Source of the DNA: a virus
Lineage: Duplodnaviria; Caudoviricetes
DNA: 54,387 nucleotides
Strand: one strand, 5' to 3'
Virus record (IMG/VR): IMGVR_UViG_3300047550_003005
Coordinates: 1-54,387 of that record
Both the position numbers and the translations under genes were made by a program. Under the pieces are notes generated by a model, which saw only the letters and a list, made by a program, of their open reading frames with translations, was not told where the DNA came from and made no database searches. This document shows positions 46,370 through 54,387 of the stretch, piece by piece (the first letter of the stretch is position 1; each line of letters begins with the position of its first letter).

Positions 46370-46560
46370 CCCTTTTCTCCCCCATCTATCAACCGATACT
46401 GAGCGGGCCTGCGATAAACATTTCCAAGGTCGGTTCGCTCCCAGCTTTTGTCTCTGTATTCCACCCACTCAAGCCAAACCATAGTCTTGCATACGGTTTC
46501 TACCGGAAGCCAAGCAAACACCCTATGCCATTTGGTTTTGTCTAATACCTTCCACCTCAT
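46366..46560 (-). CDS. Small Trp-rich protein
   Basis: WHRVFAWLPV.......WLEWVE. Confidence 0.7.
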   Translation of the reverse strand: MRWKVLDKTKWHRVFAWLPVETVCKTMVWLEWVEYRDKSWERTDLGNVYRRPAQYRLIDGGEKG

Positions 46561-46766
46561 TGTTTTTCTCCCAGCAACTCGCGTGTTTCCGGCTTCAGCT
46601 TATCCCAATCGCCGCGCCAGATGTGCTTTGCCAAATCCTGCACAGCAGCGCGCAGCTTTTCAATTTCGGCATCAGCTTTATCCCAGCCCTCGCGCAGCTT
46701 CTTGGCATCCTCAAATTTCACATACAGGACGCCATTGATTGCTACGGCGATATGGTCTTCGCTCAT
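46557..46766 (-). CDS. Hypothetical protein
   Basis: ATGA overlaps; ends LLGEKQ. Confidence 0.7.
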   Translation of the reverse strand: MSEDHIAVAINGVLYVKFEDAKKLREGWDKADAEIEKLRAAVQDLAKHIWRGDWDKLKPETRELLGEKQ

Positions 46767-47350
46767 TCCTTTTCTCCCAGCGCGCGGATGGCGGCGGCGA
46801 TATCTTCCGCAGTTTCAGCGCAAGTCTCCCACGCCTGTTGCCATTCATGAGGAATGCCTTCGGGGCGATCTTTCCATTTCTCAGGATATTCAACGCGGTT
46901 CGCGCGGGCGACTGCATTGCAGATTGAAATGCACTCTCCCAGCGCAACGCGGGCAACAGCCTGTAGCGATTCGTTTTGATCCCAAACGCACCAATCAGCT
47001 TTTCGCGCGCGATAAGTGCCGTCCCATTGACCTTCGTAGACAGGCAAGCCGCTGAGAATGTCAGCGTCATGGCTGGCAATATGCCAAGAAACTTGCCCGT
47101 TGGGGGTTTCAACATAAACCACGGGCCATTTGGTTTCGTCTGGATCAACGCCCGTTCCAGCTTTGAAGCCTGCCGCCAAAGCCATACGCGCAAAAGCAAC
47201 AGCCAGCCGGTTACGTTCCGAATATATGCTATCAGCTTTCGCCCGCAGCTTTTCGTTTTCGGCTTGGATCAGCCGTTCAATCGCAGCCGCCGCCTCTGCG
47301 TTGAGCGTCAGTCCGGTGGCGGCGTAGATTTTATCTGCGATGTCAATCAT
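46763..47350 (-). CDS. Hypothetical protein with WDG[H/T]-type domain
   Basis: Y.ER..L...P.GQVSWH...WDGT; ends ALGEKE. Confidence 0.7.
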   Translation of the reverse strand: MIDIADKIYAATGLTLNAEAAAAIERLIQAENEKLRAKADSIYSERNRLAVAFARMALAAGFKAGTGVDPDETKWPVVYVETPNGQVSWHIASHDADILSGLPVYEGQWDGTYRARKADWCVWDQNESLQAVARVALGECISICNAVARANRVEYPEKWKDRPEGIPHEWQQAWETCAETAEDIAAAIRALGEKE

Positions 47351-47550
47351 TCCTTTTCTCCCAGCGCCGCGCGGGCTTTGATGACTATGGTTCCCATGTC
47401 ATTTATCATCCCCACCATAATTTCGTTGTCACGCTTCAGCATATCCCGCTCTTTTTCGAGATCATCATACTTGACGCGCAGGTTGTTCAACTTGTTCACC
47501 GCTTCATTAAGTGCAGCAATCAATTCGCCAATATCATACTTTGGCATCAT
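47347..47550 (-). CDS. Hypothetical coiled-coil protein
   Basis: ATGA overlaps; ends ARAALGEKE. Confidence 0.7.
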   Translation of the reverse strand: MMPKYDIGELIAALNEAVNKLNNLRVKYDDLEKERDMLKRDNEIMVGMINDMGTIVIKARAALGEKE

Positions 47551-47744
47551 CCTTTTTCCCCCAGCGCCGCTGTGATGATTTGGTGCGCGCCAATCACATC
47601 GTCGGCATCAATGCACTGCCGGGCATGCACCAAAGCTTCACGGAGCTTGCCATTCTCTTCCAATAGCAGCCGGGCCTCTGCCTTGGCCTGGACGGCCTCT
47701 GCCGTGGTGCTGGTGGTGGGCTGTGCTTCAATCTGCATGATCAT
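47547..47744 (-). CDS. Hypothetical protein
   Basis: ATGA overlap at 47741-47744; ends AALGEKG. Confidence 0.7.
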   Translation of the reverse strand: MIMQIEAQPTTSTTAEAVQAKAEARLLLEENGKLREALVHARQCIDADDVIGAHQIITAALGEKG

Positions 47745-48094
47745 TCCTCCCATTCAATTTTTACGATATCAATGGCGTGTTTTGTGTCTCCGTGACGTTG
47801 AGCGTCTTCCTTGCTTTCCCAAATTATTCCAGCCCACCTATCTGGGAAAATGCTCACCCACCCTTCGCGCTTGGTTTTGCGGTTGCGGATTTTTACATTG
47901 ATATATCTGTTAGTTCCTTGAACATCATAATAATGCAGGCTACTTTCACCCCTCTTTTCGACTTGCACAATTACCTGACGTTCACCTGATGATAGTAGGT
48001 AATCCCTTGATATAACCCGCGCCGGAAACCCTTCCGTGGTTTCGATAGGCTTATCCCAATCAATTGGTGTGGTGTTGCGTTCTTCAGTATCCAC
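47741..48094 (-). CDS. Hypothetical protein (AT-rich)
   Basis: DWDKPIET..G.PARVI; REGWVSIF; KIEWEE. Confidence 0.7.
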   Translation of the reverse strand: MDTEERNTTPIDWDKPIETTEGFPARVISRDYLLSSGERQVIVQVEKRGESSLHYYDVQGTNRYINVKIRNRKTKREGWVSIFPDRWAGIIWESKEDAQRHGDTKHAIDIVKIEWEE

Positions 48095-48218
48095 GATGGG
48101 CCTCCATGACCGCTGTTAGGGCTTCTTGGGCATCCTGGCGGGTGGGCCAGGGGTAGCCGTGAAATGCCCCCGAAGGGGCATTAACGATGAACCAGAATTG
48201 ACCAATGAGCTTGATCAC
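48084..48218 (-). CDS. Small hypothetical protein (44 aa)
   Basis: Hand translation MIKLIGQFWFIVNAPSGAFHGYPWPTRQDAQEAL...; GTGA overlap, AGGAG RBS. Confidence 0.55.
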   Translation of the reverse strand: MIKLIGQFWFIVNAPSGAFHGYPWPTRQDAQEALTAVMEAHRGY

Positions 48219-48427
48219 CGCCAGTGGCTCCTGATCTCGCGGGCTTCAGCCCGGAATTCCGCCGCCAGGGCAATGTTGAAATCGCCCAGATCGGGGAAGA
48301 ATTGGCGCAGCTTCATGCCGCCCCGGTGCAGGCCCCAGGCCCGCTGGATCAGCTCCCGGCGCCGGGACAGCGCATCATCGCGCTCCATCTCATAGCGGTG
48401 CCAGTCATCTTGGGTTTGAAGCATCAC
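48215..48427 (-). CDS. Hypothetical protein
   Basis: Overlapping stop/start, GGAGG RBS. Confidence 0.65.
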   Translation of the reverse strand: MMLQTQDDWHRYEMERDDALSRRRELIQRAWGLHRGGMKLRQFFPDLGDFNIALAAEFRAEAREIRSHWR

Positions 48428-48639
48428 ACGCCCTCCAAAATATTACGCAGGGACGTACCGAGCGCCATCTCAATGTTTGGCCCGCCCTCTTCATCAATGT
48501 CGGCGCGGTCTTCAAAATATTCGGTGGCCTCCTGAACGGCGCGCTCAAGCTCCTTAATGCGCCGTTCCAGCTTGGTGATCTTGGCTTCCATCACACGGTC
48601 ATCTTCCATGTCGATCAGCATGTTTTTGTAATATCCCAT
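48424..48639 (-). CDS. Hypothetical protein
   Basis: EYFEDRADID...PN.EM motif. Confidence 0.7.
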   Translation of the reverse strand: MGYYKNMLIDMEDDRVMEAKITKLERRIKELERAVQEATEYFEDRADIDEEGGPNIEMALGTSLRNILEGV

Positions 48640-48641
48640 GA

Positions 48642-48971
48642 TCAGTACCCCCACTCTTCAGCCCGACGATCTTCAAGGCGATAATCTGCTGCGGCGCAGG
48701 CGCGGTTCCAGTCGGCATTCACGCGATCATCTTCTTCCTTGGCAACCGCATAGCCAACCAAATCAGAGAGCATGTCGCGGGTGCCGTTAATCATGTCGTC
48801 GCATTCGTCGGTGCGGTGGAGTTGGCGGATTTCCATGAGGCGCTCCAAGAAAGCCTGGGTGGCGAACACCACGCGCTCCGCGATGGCAACAGTGGGGTGA
48901 TCACCAGCAGCATCCAGCTTCGCCAGCTTGGCCTTGATTTCACCTTCGAGGTTGAAATTACCAATGCTCAT
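48642..48971 (-). CDS. Hypothetical protein, first gene of leftward operon
   Basis: AGGAG RBS downstream of promoter module 3. Confidence 0.75.
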   Translation of the reverse strand: MSIGNFNLEGEIKAKLAKLDAAGDHPTVAIAERVVFATQAFLERLMEIRQLHRTDECDDMINGTRDMLSDLVGYAVAKEEDDRVNADWNRACAAADYRLEDRRAEEWGY

Positions 48972-48998
48972 CTTCAGTCTCCTAAATCAAAACATATT

Positions 48999-49048
48999 CG
49001 GCATCAGCGCCGTGCCATCCTTATATAGTCGCCTTCTGCGACTGTCAA
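48999..49048 (-). promoter_or_regulatory. Promoter module 3
   Basis: Minus strand TTGACA-17-TATAAG with perfect GTCGC-N5-GCGAC in spacer and CGGC-GCTGAT-GCCG leader hairpin. Confidence 0.75.
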
Positions 49049-49070
49049 ACAATATTTTGGGAAATTTTGC

Positions 49071-49099
49071 AAAAAAATGGCGGCACCCCTCTGCCGCCA
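49071..49099 (-). terminator. Intrinsic terminator
   Basis: Minus strand TGGCGGCA-GAGGGG-TGCCGCCA then T7. Confidence 0.75.
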
Positions 49100-49123
49100 C
49101 TTAGTTAATTGATATTGTTGGTT

Positions 49124-49381
49124 TTATGCCCCTTCAAAATATACCGCGACCTTTCCGATATGCTCGGTATTGAGGATCAAATCCCCCCGATCCCGCCACC
49201 CACGCTCCCCCGTATTGCGGTTATTCATGAAGTAAAACTGCCGCACCACCACGAAGGCACTGTTGTTCAATTCCTCAGCAAATTCATTGAGATCGGCGGC
49301 GGCATGATCCCCGATAACCTGATGGACCAGATGCTCCGAAGAGCCCGTTGGCATGTGCATGGTGATCAAAAAACGCGCCAT
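49124..49381 (-). CDS. Hypothetical protein
   Basis: RFLITMHMP..S..LVHQVI...ILNT.HIGKV; divergent from Cro-like gene. Confidence 0.7.
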   Translation of the reverse strand: MARFLITMHMPTGSSEHLVHQVIGDHAAADLNEFAEELNNSAFVVVRQFYFMNNRNTGERGWRDRGDLILNTEHIGKVAVYFEGA

Positions 49382-49395
49382 CTCAAAATACCCTC

Positions 49396-49424
49396 TTGCA
49401 ATCTGTCAAAATGACAAATACGAT
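49396..49424 (+). promoter_or_regulatory. Sigma70-like promoter with palindromic spacer, probably leaderless
   Basis: TTGCAA-17-TACGAT, TGTCA-AAA-TGACA in spacer, ATG 8 nt after -10, no SD. Confidence 0.65.
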
Positions 49425-49432
49425 CTGCGGCC

Positions 49433-49669
49433 ATGAAACAGCCGACCACCCGCGATATTATTGAGGCCCTCGGTGGCGTCAACCATGTCGCCAACAAAAT
49501 CTGCGTTGAACGCCAGATGGTGGACAACTGGATGAGGCCCACGCGCGGCATCGCAGCCACCTATTGGATCGACATCCTTGAACTTGCCCGGCGTGAAGGC
49601 ATCAATTGGATCACCCCTGTCGTGCTGCGGCGGGCCAAAGGCAGTTACGCAAAGGACATGAAGAAATGA
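49433..49669 (+). CDS. Cro-like HTH regulator
   Basis: IIEALGGVNHVA..ICV....V.NW...RGI....W..I..LA. Confidence 0.8.
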   Translation: MKQPTTRDIIEALGGVNHVANKICVERQMVDNWMRPTRGIAATYWIDILELARREGINWITPVVLRRAKGSYAKDMKK

Positions 49670-49908
49670 GTGAAAAAGACCCTGTAGATTTGGTCGCCGA
49701 ATCTGTAAAATTGCAAGAAACAGCCCTGAAATTACAGATAAAAAACCAACCGGCATTGCGCGATCTGTTCGCAATGGCGGCGTTGCAGGGCTTGTTGGCA
49801 AACCCTGAGACAAATTTGGACTATGGCAGAAAGACTTACGCTGATCTTGCCTACAATCACGCTGATGACATGCTCGAAGCCCGTAAAAAGAAAAGCTATC
49901 TTGCATGA
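49666..49908 (+). CDS. Conserved small phage protein
   Basis: LRDLFAMAALQGLLAN...AY..AD.MLEAR. Confidence 0.8.
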   Translation: MSEKDPVDLVAESVKLQETALKLQIKNQPALRDLFAMAALQGLLANPETNLDYGRKTYADLAYNHADDMLEARKKKSYLA

Positions 49909-50651
49909 ACCCCTTTGAAACCCACGGCATCAAGCACCTGTCGGCATCCAGCCTAAATTCATGGGTGATGGACCCCGCCCTGTGGGTGATGACACGCCTT
50001 GCCGGTAAACAAATCCCAGTGGGCTATGCCGCCCATCGCGGCACCGCCTCTGAATCCGGTATCGTGGCCGGGCTCCTGGAGCCTGAGCGCCCCATCGTGG
50101 AATGCCAGCAGATTGGCCTGGATGAATTCGATAAGCTCACCTACTCGGTCAAGGAAGCCAAGGCCCTGAAGGAACGCGCGGCCATCCCAGGCATCGTGGA
50201 GCAGGGCATCAAAAAGCTGCGCAAGGCAGGCATCCCCGATGAGGTTCAGTGCCGTATAGAGGTATCACTAAACGGCATTGACGTACCCTTCCTGGGCTTT
50301 GTGGACCTGGGCTGGACCCAGCATGGCATCCGCCTGGACATCAAATCCAAGCTCAAAATGCCAACCGACATTGAAATGCCCCACAAGCGGCAGGTCAGCC
50401 TCTACATCCACGACACCAATTACACTGGTCGGGTGGCCTATTTCACGCCGACACAAGAGATGGTGTTTGTGTTGGAGGACAATGCACGACATCTGGAGGA
50501 GTTGCGCCAGATCGCAATTCGGTTGCAGAATTTCCTGGCCCTGAGCAATGACCGTGAAAAACTCATCGCATCGGTGGTGCCAAATTACGCGAATTGGACC
50601 TGGGCTGACGCTTACACGCGCGGCGTGGGAAAAGAGACTTTCGGGGTCTGA
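49905..50651 (+). CDS. PD-(D/E)XK exonuclease-like protein
   Basis: HLSASSLN, RGTA.E, GFVDL...LDIKS, RQVSLY. Confidence 0.8.
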   Translation: MNPFETHGIKHLSASSLNSWVMDPALWVMTRLAGKQIPVGYAAHRGTASESGIVAGLLEPERPIVECQQIGLDEFDKLTYSVKEAKALKERAAIPGIVEQGIKKLRKAGIPDEVQCRIEVSLNGIDVPFLGFVDLGWTQHGIRLDIKSKLKMPTDIEMPHKRQVSLYIHDTNYTGRVAYFTPTQEMVFVLEDNARHLEELRQIAIRLQNFLALSNDREKLIASVVPNYANWTWADAYTRGVGKETFGV

Positions 50652-50701
50652 TCCCGAAATGCGGTGCAGCGCTTTCTGCACATGTGAAAACGGAGAATAC
50701 G

Positions 50702-51307
50702 ATGTCTACGCAAGCAACGATCAAAAGTGTCCGTCTGGCCTACATGCACCTCGCACAGCCCCATGCGGCTGCCGAAGGCGCTGAACCCAAGTATAGCGTT
50801 ACGATGATTATCCCGAAGGCCGACAAGGAACAGGTTGATACCCTCAAGAAGGCGATGGTAGCGGCCCGCGATTTGAAGTGGGGCGCCCAGGCACCTAAGG
50901 GGCTGCGCTCCCCGCTGCGTGATGGCGATGAAAAGGACGATGATGGCAATTTCATCCGTCCCGAAGAATTCCGCAACGCCTTCTATGTCAACGCTTCTTC
51001 CAAGCGCCCGGTGGATGTGAAAATCCTGATGGGTGGGAAGATCGTGAGCTGCCCGGAAGAACACATGGTTTCCGGGTATTATGGCAGCGTCCAGATCAAC
51101 CTCTATGGTTATGACGCCGCCGGTAATAAGGGCGTGTCAGCCGGTCTGAATGGGGTGCTGATCACAAAGCGTGGTGAGCCCCTGGGGCGCCGCCTGGAGT
51201 GGGATGAATCCGCCACCAAGGGCGCCGAAGACTTCGGCGGCAGCTTCGGTGCGGCTCCCAAGGGGAATGGGTTCGTTTCTTCTGACGATGAAATCCCTTT
51301 TAATTGA
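50702..51307 (+). CDS. ssb: Single-stranded DNA-binding protein (DUF2815/Enc34-like)
   Basis: VRLAY..L.QP, KYSVT, PLRDGD, SGYY, GNKGVSAGLN, GEPLG, acidic DDEIPF tail. Confidence 0.85.
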   Translation: MSTQATIKSVRLAYMHLAQPHAAAEGAEPKYSVTMIIPKADKEQVDTLKKAMVAARDLKWGAQAPKGLRSPLRDGDEKDDDGNFIRPEEFRNAFYVNASSKRPVDVKILMGGKIVSCPEEHMVSGYYGSVQINLYGYDAAGNKGVSAGLNGVLITKRGEPLGRRLEWDESATKGAEDFGGSFGAAPKGNGFVSSDDEIPFN

Positions 51308-51353
51308 GGCCGTCCTATGATAGCTTTGCTCCCACGCAAAAGGGAGCAACAGC

Positions 51354-51806
51354 GTGGACGGTCTAAAAAAGTGTTTTGCATGTGAAGCCGTTCTGCCGTT
51401 TTCGGATTTTTACAAACATCCGCGAACGGCAGACGGTTATCTCGGAAAATGCAAATCGTGCCAGCGCGAATCAATAAGGCGCAATAGGCTCGCAAATTTG
51501 GAAAGGTTTAGGGAATATGATCGTGAAAGAGCGCAAAATCCTGCGAGGAAAGTTGCTTCTTACAAAATCACACAAAAGTGGCGAACTGCTGATCCGAGGC
51601 GAATGCGCTGCCATAATGCAGTGGCCAGAGCGATCAAATCGGGCAGACTCCAAAAGCAACCCTGCGAATATTGTGGTGCCGTGAGGGCTTATGCGCATCA
51701 TGATAGTTATGACGAGCCATTGAATGTGATTTGGCTTTGTCAGCCCTGTCATAAGCAGCGCCACAAAGAGTTGGATGAGTTAAATCTGGGCGAAAATTGC
51801 CCGTAA
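51354..51806 (+). CDS. HNH-like Zn-binding endonuclease
   Basis: CFAC...CKSC; CEYC...AHHDSY..PLNVIWLCQPCH..RH; AT-richer than neighbours. Confidence 0.75.
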   Translation: MDGLKKCFACEAVLPFSDFYKHPRTADGYLGKCKSCQRESIRRNRLANLERFREYDRERAQNPARKVASYKITQKWRTADPRRMRCHNAVARAIKSGRLQKQPCEYCGAVRAYAHHDSYDEPLNVIWLCQPCHKQRHKELDELNLGENCP

Positions 51807-51836
51807 CACCATTGATATTGAGATGAGGAGGGTTCC

Positions 51837-54047
51837 ATGGCCGAAATATCTGCATTCCCTGACAAGCTCAGGCCGAATGCTGACGCCATGTATGACGCCC
51901 TCTCTTTCTGGTTCAAGCTCTGCACAGAAGGCCAGTTAGAGATTGGGTGGCGTGATCCACAGACCAAGGCGTTGAATCGCTTTAAGCGCTTTGAGCTGGA
52001 TGAGATTGAAGAGCTTGTGACGTTTGCCACCGAGATCAACGCGATCTCGGGCTGCAATGTCTATTACCGGGTTTGCACCCTGAAAGACCTGCCCGGCCCC
52101 ACCACCGATGAACATTTTCTCCAAGCCCCAGGCGCGCACATCGACCACGACGATGCCGCCAGCGTGTCACGCCTGCGGAGCCATCCCCTGGAATTCAAGC
52201 CAGCCTATCTGGTTATCACCGGGCGCGATCCCGAAGTGCGCGGCCAGACCTTCTGGCCGGTAGCGGAGCCCATCACGGACTCGGCCATCGTGAGGGAGAT
52301 GAACAGCAGGCTGGCGCAGCATTTCGGGGGCGACCCTGCTGTGGTGAACCCCACCCGGCTGATGCGCGTCCCTGGCAGCATTGCGTGGCCGGTTAAGAAG
52401 GGCCGCACGCAAACCGAGATCACCCAGCTCCTGTGGCCTGCCGAACAGCGGTTGCAGCGGGTGGAAGCAGATGCCCTGCTGACCATGCTGCGGGCGCTGG
52501 AACAGCAAAAAACACTCCCTGAAGGCCCCCAAAATACCCCCCAAAATACCCCCGAAATCGTTTTGGGGGATAATTTGCATGAAACCTCCCCCCCAGGTTC
52601 CGATCAGTGGGCGCCGCCAGTGCGCCAGAATGCCCCGGTCAGTCAGCTTATTGACGCCACCAAGCAGGATGGCACTTGGCACAACAGCGTCCTGCGGCTG
52701 GTGGCAAGCTGGATCAATCGGGGGCTTTCAGACAAGGAAATCCACCTCTTCGCGCCAGCCCTGACGCGGCCCGGCTACACGGTCAGGCAGACGCACGAAG
52801 AAATTCAGAAGATGATCGAGGGGGCGCGGCAGAAGTGGAACCTGCCGGATCGTGACCCTTTTGCTGATGCCGCCCCGCCAGCCGAAAAGCAGGGCATCTG
52901 GACCGATGACAGTGACGACCTGGACGATATCCCTGAGCGGCCTTGGCTGGCCCCAGGCATCCTCCTGCGCGGCGCTGTGACCCTTCTGTCGGGCCAGGGC
53001 GCGGGCGGCAAATCCAGCTTCATCGTGGCCTTCACCACCTCCATGGCCGCAGGCGTTCAATTCGGGAAGATCACCCCCAAGCACAAATTCCGCAGCATCA
53101 ATTTCAATGTGGAAGACGACCGGGATGAACAGCGCCGCCGCTACGCAGCCTTCCTGGCGGCTTCCAGCCATATTGAGAGGTCAGCCATCAGGAACGTGAT
53201 CAGGGTAGGCCCAGAGGGCGTAGGAACCCTGTTCCAGCGTGATCCTGACACCGGGGTGGTGACACCCACCCAGGCCATGGAAGACCTGAAGAAGCTTGTC
53301 ATCGAAAACGACATCGACTGCGTGATTTTCGATCCCATGGCAGAGCTGCACAATGCTGAGGAGAACGACAACACCGCCATGCGTTCCATCCTGGCGGCCT
53401 TCCGGGGCTTCGCCAAGGAGACAAACGCCGGGGTGATGGTGCTGCACCATGATCGCAAAGGCGTGGGGGTTGCCGGTGATGTGGATCGCATGCGCGGGGC
53501 TTCGGCCCTCCAGGGTGCGGCCCGCATCGTGCTGACCCTTACCAGGATGACGGAAGAGGAAGCAGACGCCCTGGGCATCCCCCAGGAAGAACGCACCTCA
53601 TACATCCGCATCGACAACGCCAAGGCCAATTACACGAAATTGGGCGAGGCCATGTGGTACAAGCTGACCAGCCAGACCATCAGCAACGGGGAGAGCATTG
53701 GGGCCTGCCTGCCTTGGACCCCACCTGACCGCATCGCCTCCCTGACCGGGGAGATGAAGGTGGAAATCCTGCGGCTGATGTTGGAAGCAGGGCCAGCCAA
53801 ATGCCGGGCGCACCACCTCAGCAACGACTATGCCCCACGCTGGTTAAGCGAGATCGTAGGTGCCGATGAGAAGCTGATCAGGCAATATTTGGACGCTTGC
53901 ATCAAGGGCGGCGCAGTGACAATCGACAAGGATGTGATTGAGCCAGACACCCGCAGGCCCCGCCCTGCGTATGTGGTGAACAGGATCAAATTCTTGGAGA
54001 TGCAGCAGCCCGCGAGGCCCGTGGAGCCTGAAGAGGAGGGGTTTTGA
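51837..54047 (+). CDS. Primase-helicase (RepB'/AEP-like primase + RecA/AAA_25 helicase)
   Basis: HIDHDD and GDP....TRLMRVPGS (primase); GQGAGGKS Walker A, VIFDP Walker B, LHHDRK, RGASA, KANY. Confidence 0.85.
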   Translation: MAEISAFPDKLRPNADAMYDALSFWFKLCTEGQLEIGWRDPQTKALNRFKRFELDEIEELVTFATEINAISGCNVYYRVCTLKDLPGPTTDEHFLQAPGAHIDHDDAASVSRLRSHPLEFKPAYLVITGRDPEVRGQTFWPVAEPITDSAIVREMNSRLAQHFGGDPAVVNPTRLMRVPGSIAWPVKKGRTQTEITQLLWPAEQRLQRVEADALLTMLRALEQQKTLPEGPQNTPQNTPEIVLGDNLHETSPPGSDQWAPPVRQNAPVSQLIDATKQDGTWHNSVLRLVASWINRGLSDKEIHLFAPALTRPGYTVRQTHEEIQKMIEGARQKWNLPDRDPFADAAPPAEKQGIWTDDSDDLDDIPERPWLAPGILLRGAVTLLSGQGAGGKSSFIVAFTTSMAAGVQFGKITPKHKFRSINFNVEDDRDEQRRRYAAFLAASSHIERSAIRNVIRVGPEGVGTLFQRDPDTGVVTPTQAMEDLKKLVIENDIDCVIFDPMAELHNAEENDNTAMRSILAAFRGFAKETNAGVMVLHHDRKGVGVAGDVDRMRGASALQGAARIVLTLTRMTEEEADALGIPQEERTSYIRIDNAKANYTKLGEAMWYKLTSQTISNGESIGACLPWTPPDRIASLTGEMKVEILRLMLEAGPAKCRAHHLSNDYAPRWLSEIVGADEKLIRQYLDACIKGGAVTIDKDVIEPDTRRPRPAYVVNRIKFLEMQQPARPVEPEEEGF

Positions 54048-54050
54048 TGC

Positions 54051-54319
54051 CTGCTCCAGTAACTGCTCCAGTAAATAAAATGGCCAGTTTACTGGAGCAT
54101 TTACTGGAGCAAGGCGAATTGCGTAATAACTGGAAACTGTCAAAAATGCTAAGATGCGGTGTTAAGAATTACTTTCAACCCATTGAAATGTATCATTCTG
54201 CTCCAGTAAATTTACTGGAGCAGGCTAAGTCATTGAAAACATTGGATGCTCCAGTAAAATCGCCCTATAGGGAAATCTGTTTACTGGAGCAAAAGGGGAT
54301 GAGGAGCTGCTCCAGTAAA
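54051..54319. repeat. Nine direct/inverted TGCTCCAGTAAA repeats, putative replication origin
   Basis: Forward copies at 54052, 54064, 54199, 54247, 54308; reverse copies at 54088, 54100, 54211, 54280. Confidence 0.85.
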
Positions 54320-54346
54320 TCTACCTCACGGACTACTGGTTTCCGG

Positions 54347-54375
54347 GCAGAAAGCCTGCCCCGGAAAACACCAGT
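54347..54375 (+). repeat. Terminal direct repeat / circular overlap (copy 2)
   Basis: Identical to 1-29. Confidence 0.85.
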
Positions 54376-54387
54376 GAGGGGCAAAAT

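Noticed and set aside
49078-49099. Second copy of the CCCCTC-loop RNA element of 18528-18561
   Set aside because: Similar on the + strand, but on the - strand it is followed by T7 right after a gene, so an ordinary terminator explains it
54051-54319. CRISPR array
   Set aside because: Repeats are only 12 bp, in mixed orientation with irregular 0-87 bp gaps; no cas genes
1-54387. tRNA genes, integrase/att site, DNA polymerase, alternative genetic code
   Set aside because: No cloverleaf/T-loop pattern noticed in the short intergenic gaps, no recombinase or polymerase motifs, and genes are intact under the standard code; by-eye negatives that tRNAscan and HMM searches should confirm

Overview
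The window is an apparently (near-)complete ~54.4 kb tailed dsDNA phage genome. The last bases (54347-54375) repeat bases 1-29. The host is most likely an alphaproteobacterium (GapR/DUF2312 homolog). The virion is podovirus-like: P22-type portal, adaptor and nozzle genes and large ejection proteins, with no tail tube, sheath or tape measure. Layout: + strand small genes (GapR, RuvC, HTH, GT32-like glycosyltransferase; ~0.3-6.2 kb); + strand packaging/structural/lysis block (terS, terL, portal, 1780-aa polyvalent protein, GroES, scaffold, capsid, collagen fibre with a methyltransferase-GT2-TPR enzyme, holin, tail, ejection proteins, second fibre, GH108 endolysin; 6.2-44.3 kb); a - strand array of small genes (44.3-49.4 kb); and a + strand replication module (Cro-like HTH, nuclease, SSB, HNH-like, primase-helicase) followed by an iteron-rich origin candidate. 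I recognised no integrase, DNA polymerase, tRNA, CRISPR or reverse transcriptase. The best candidate for an undescribed system is a di-glycine tag, [F/Y/M/L/R/K]-x-x-G-G, repeated in at least seven late proteins. In the 1780-aa protein it sits at the borders between enzyme-like domains (ADP-ribosyltransferase, two unknown domains, a GP88-like Cys domain). Three of these borders are followed by a DPTVQxAL helix encoded by a nearly identical 24-bp DNA repeat. A stand-alone gene (33855-34412) carries two copies of the GE[FY]V-type module that accompanies this motif in tape-measure proteins. Together these suggest a tagged, cassette-swappable cargo/polyprotein processing or packaging system. All family assignments come from motif recognition by eye; no database searches were run.
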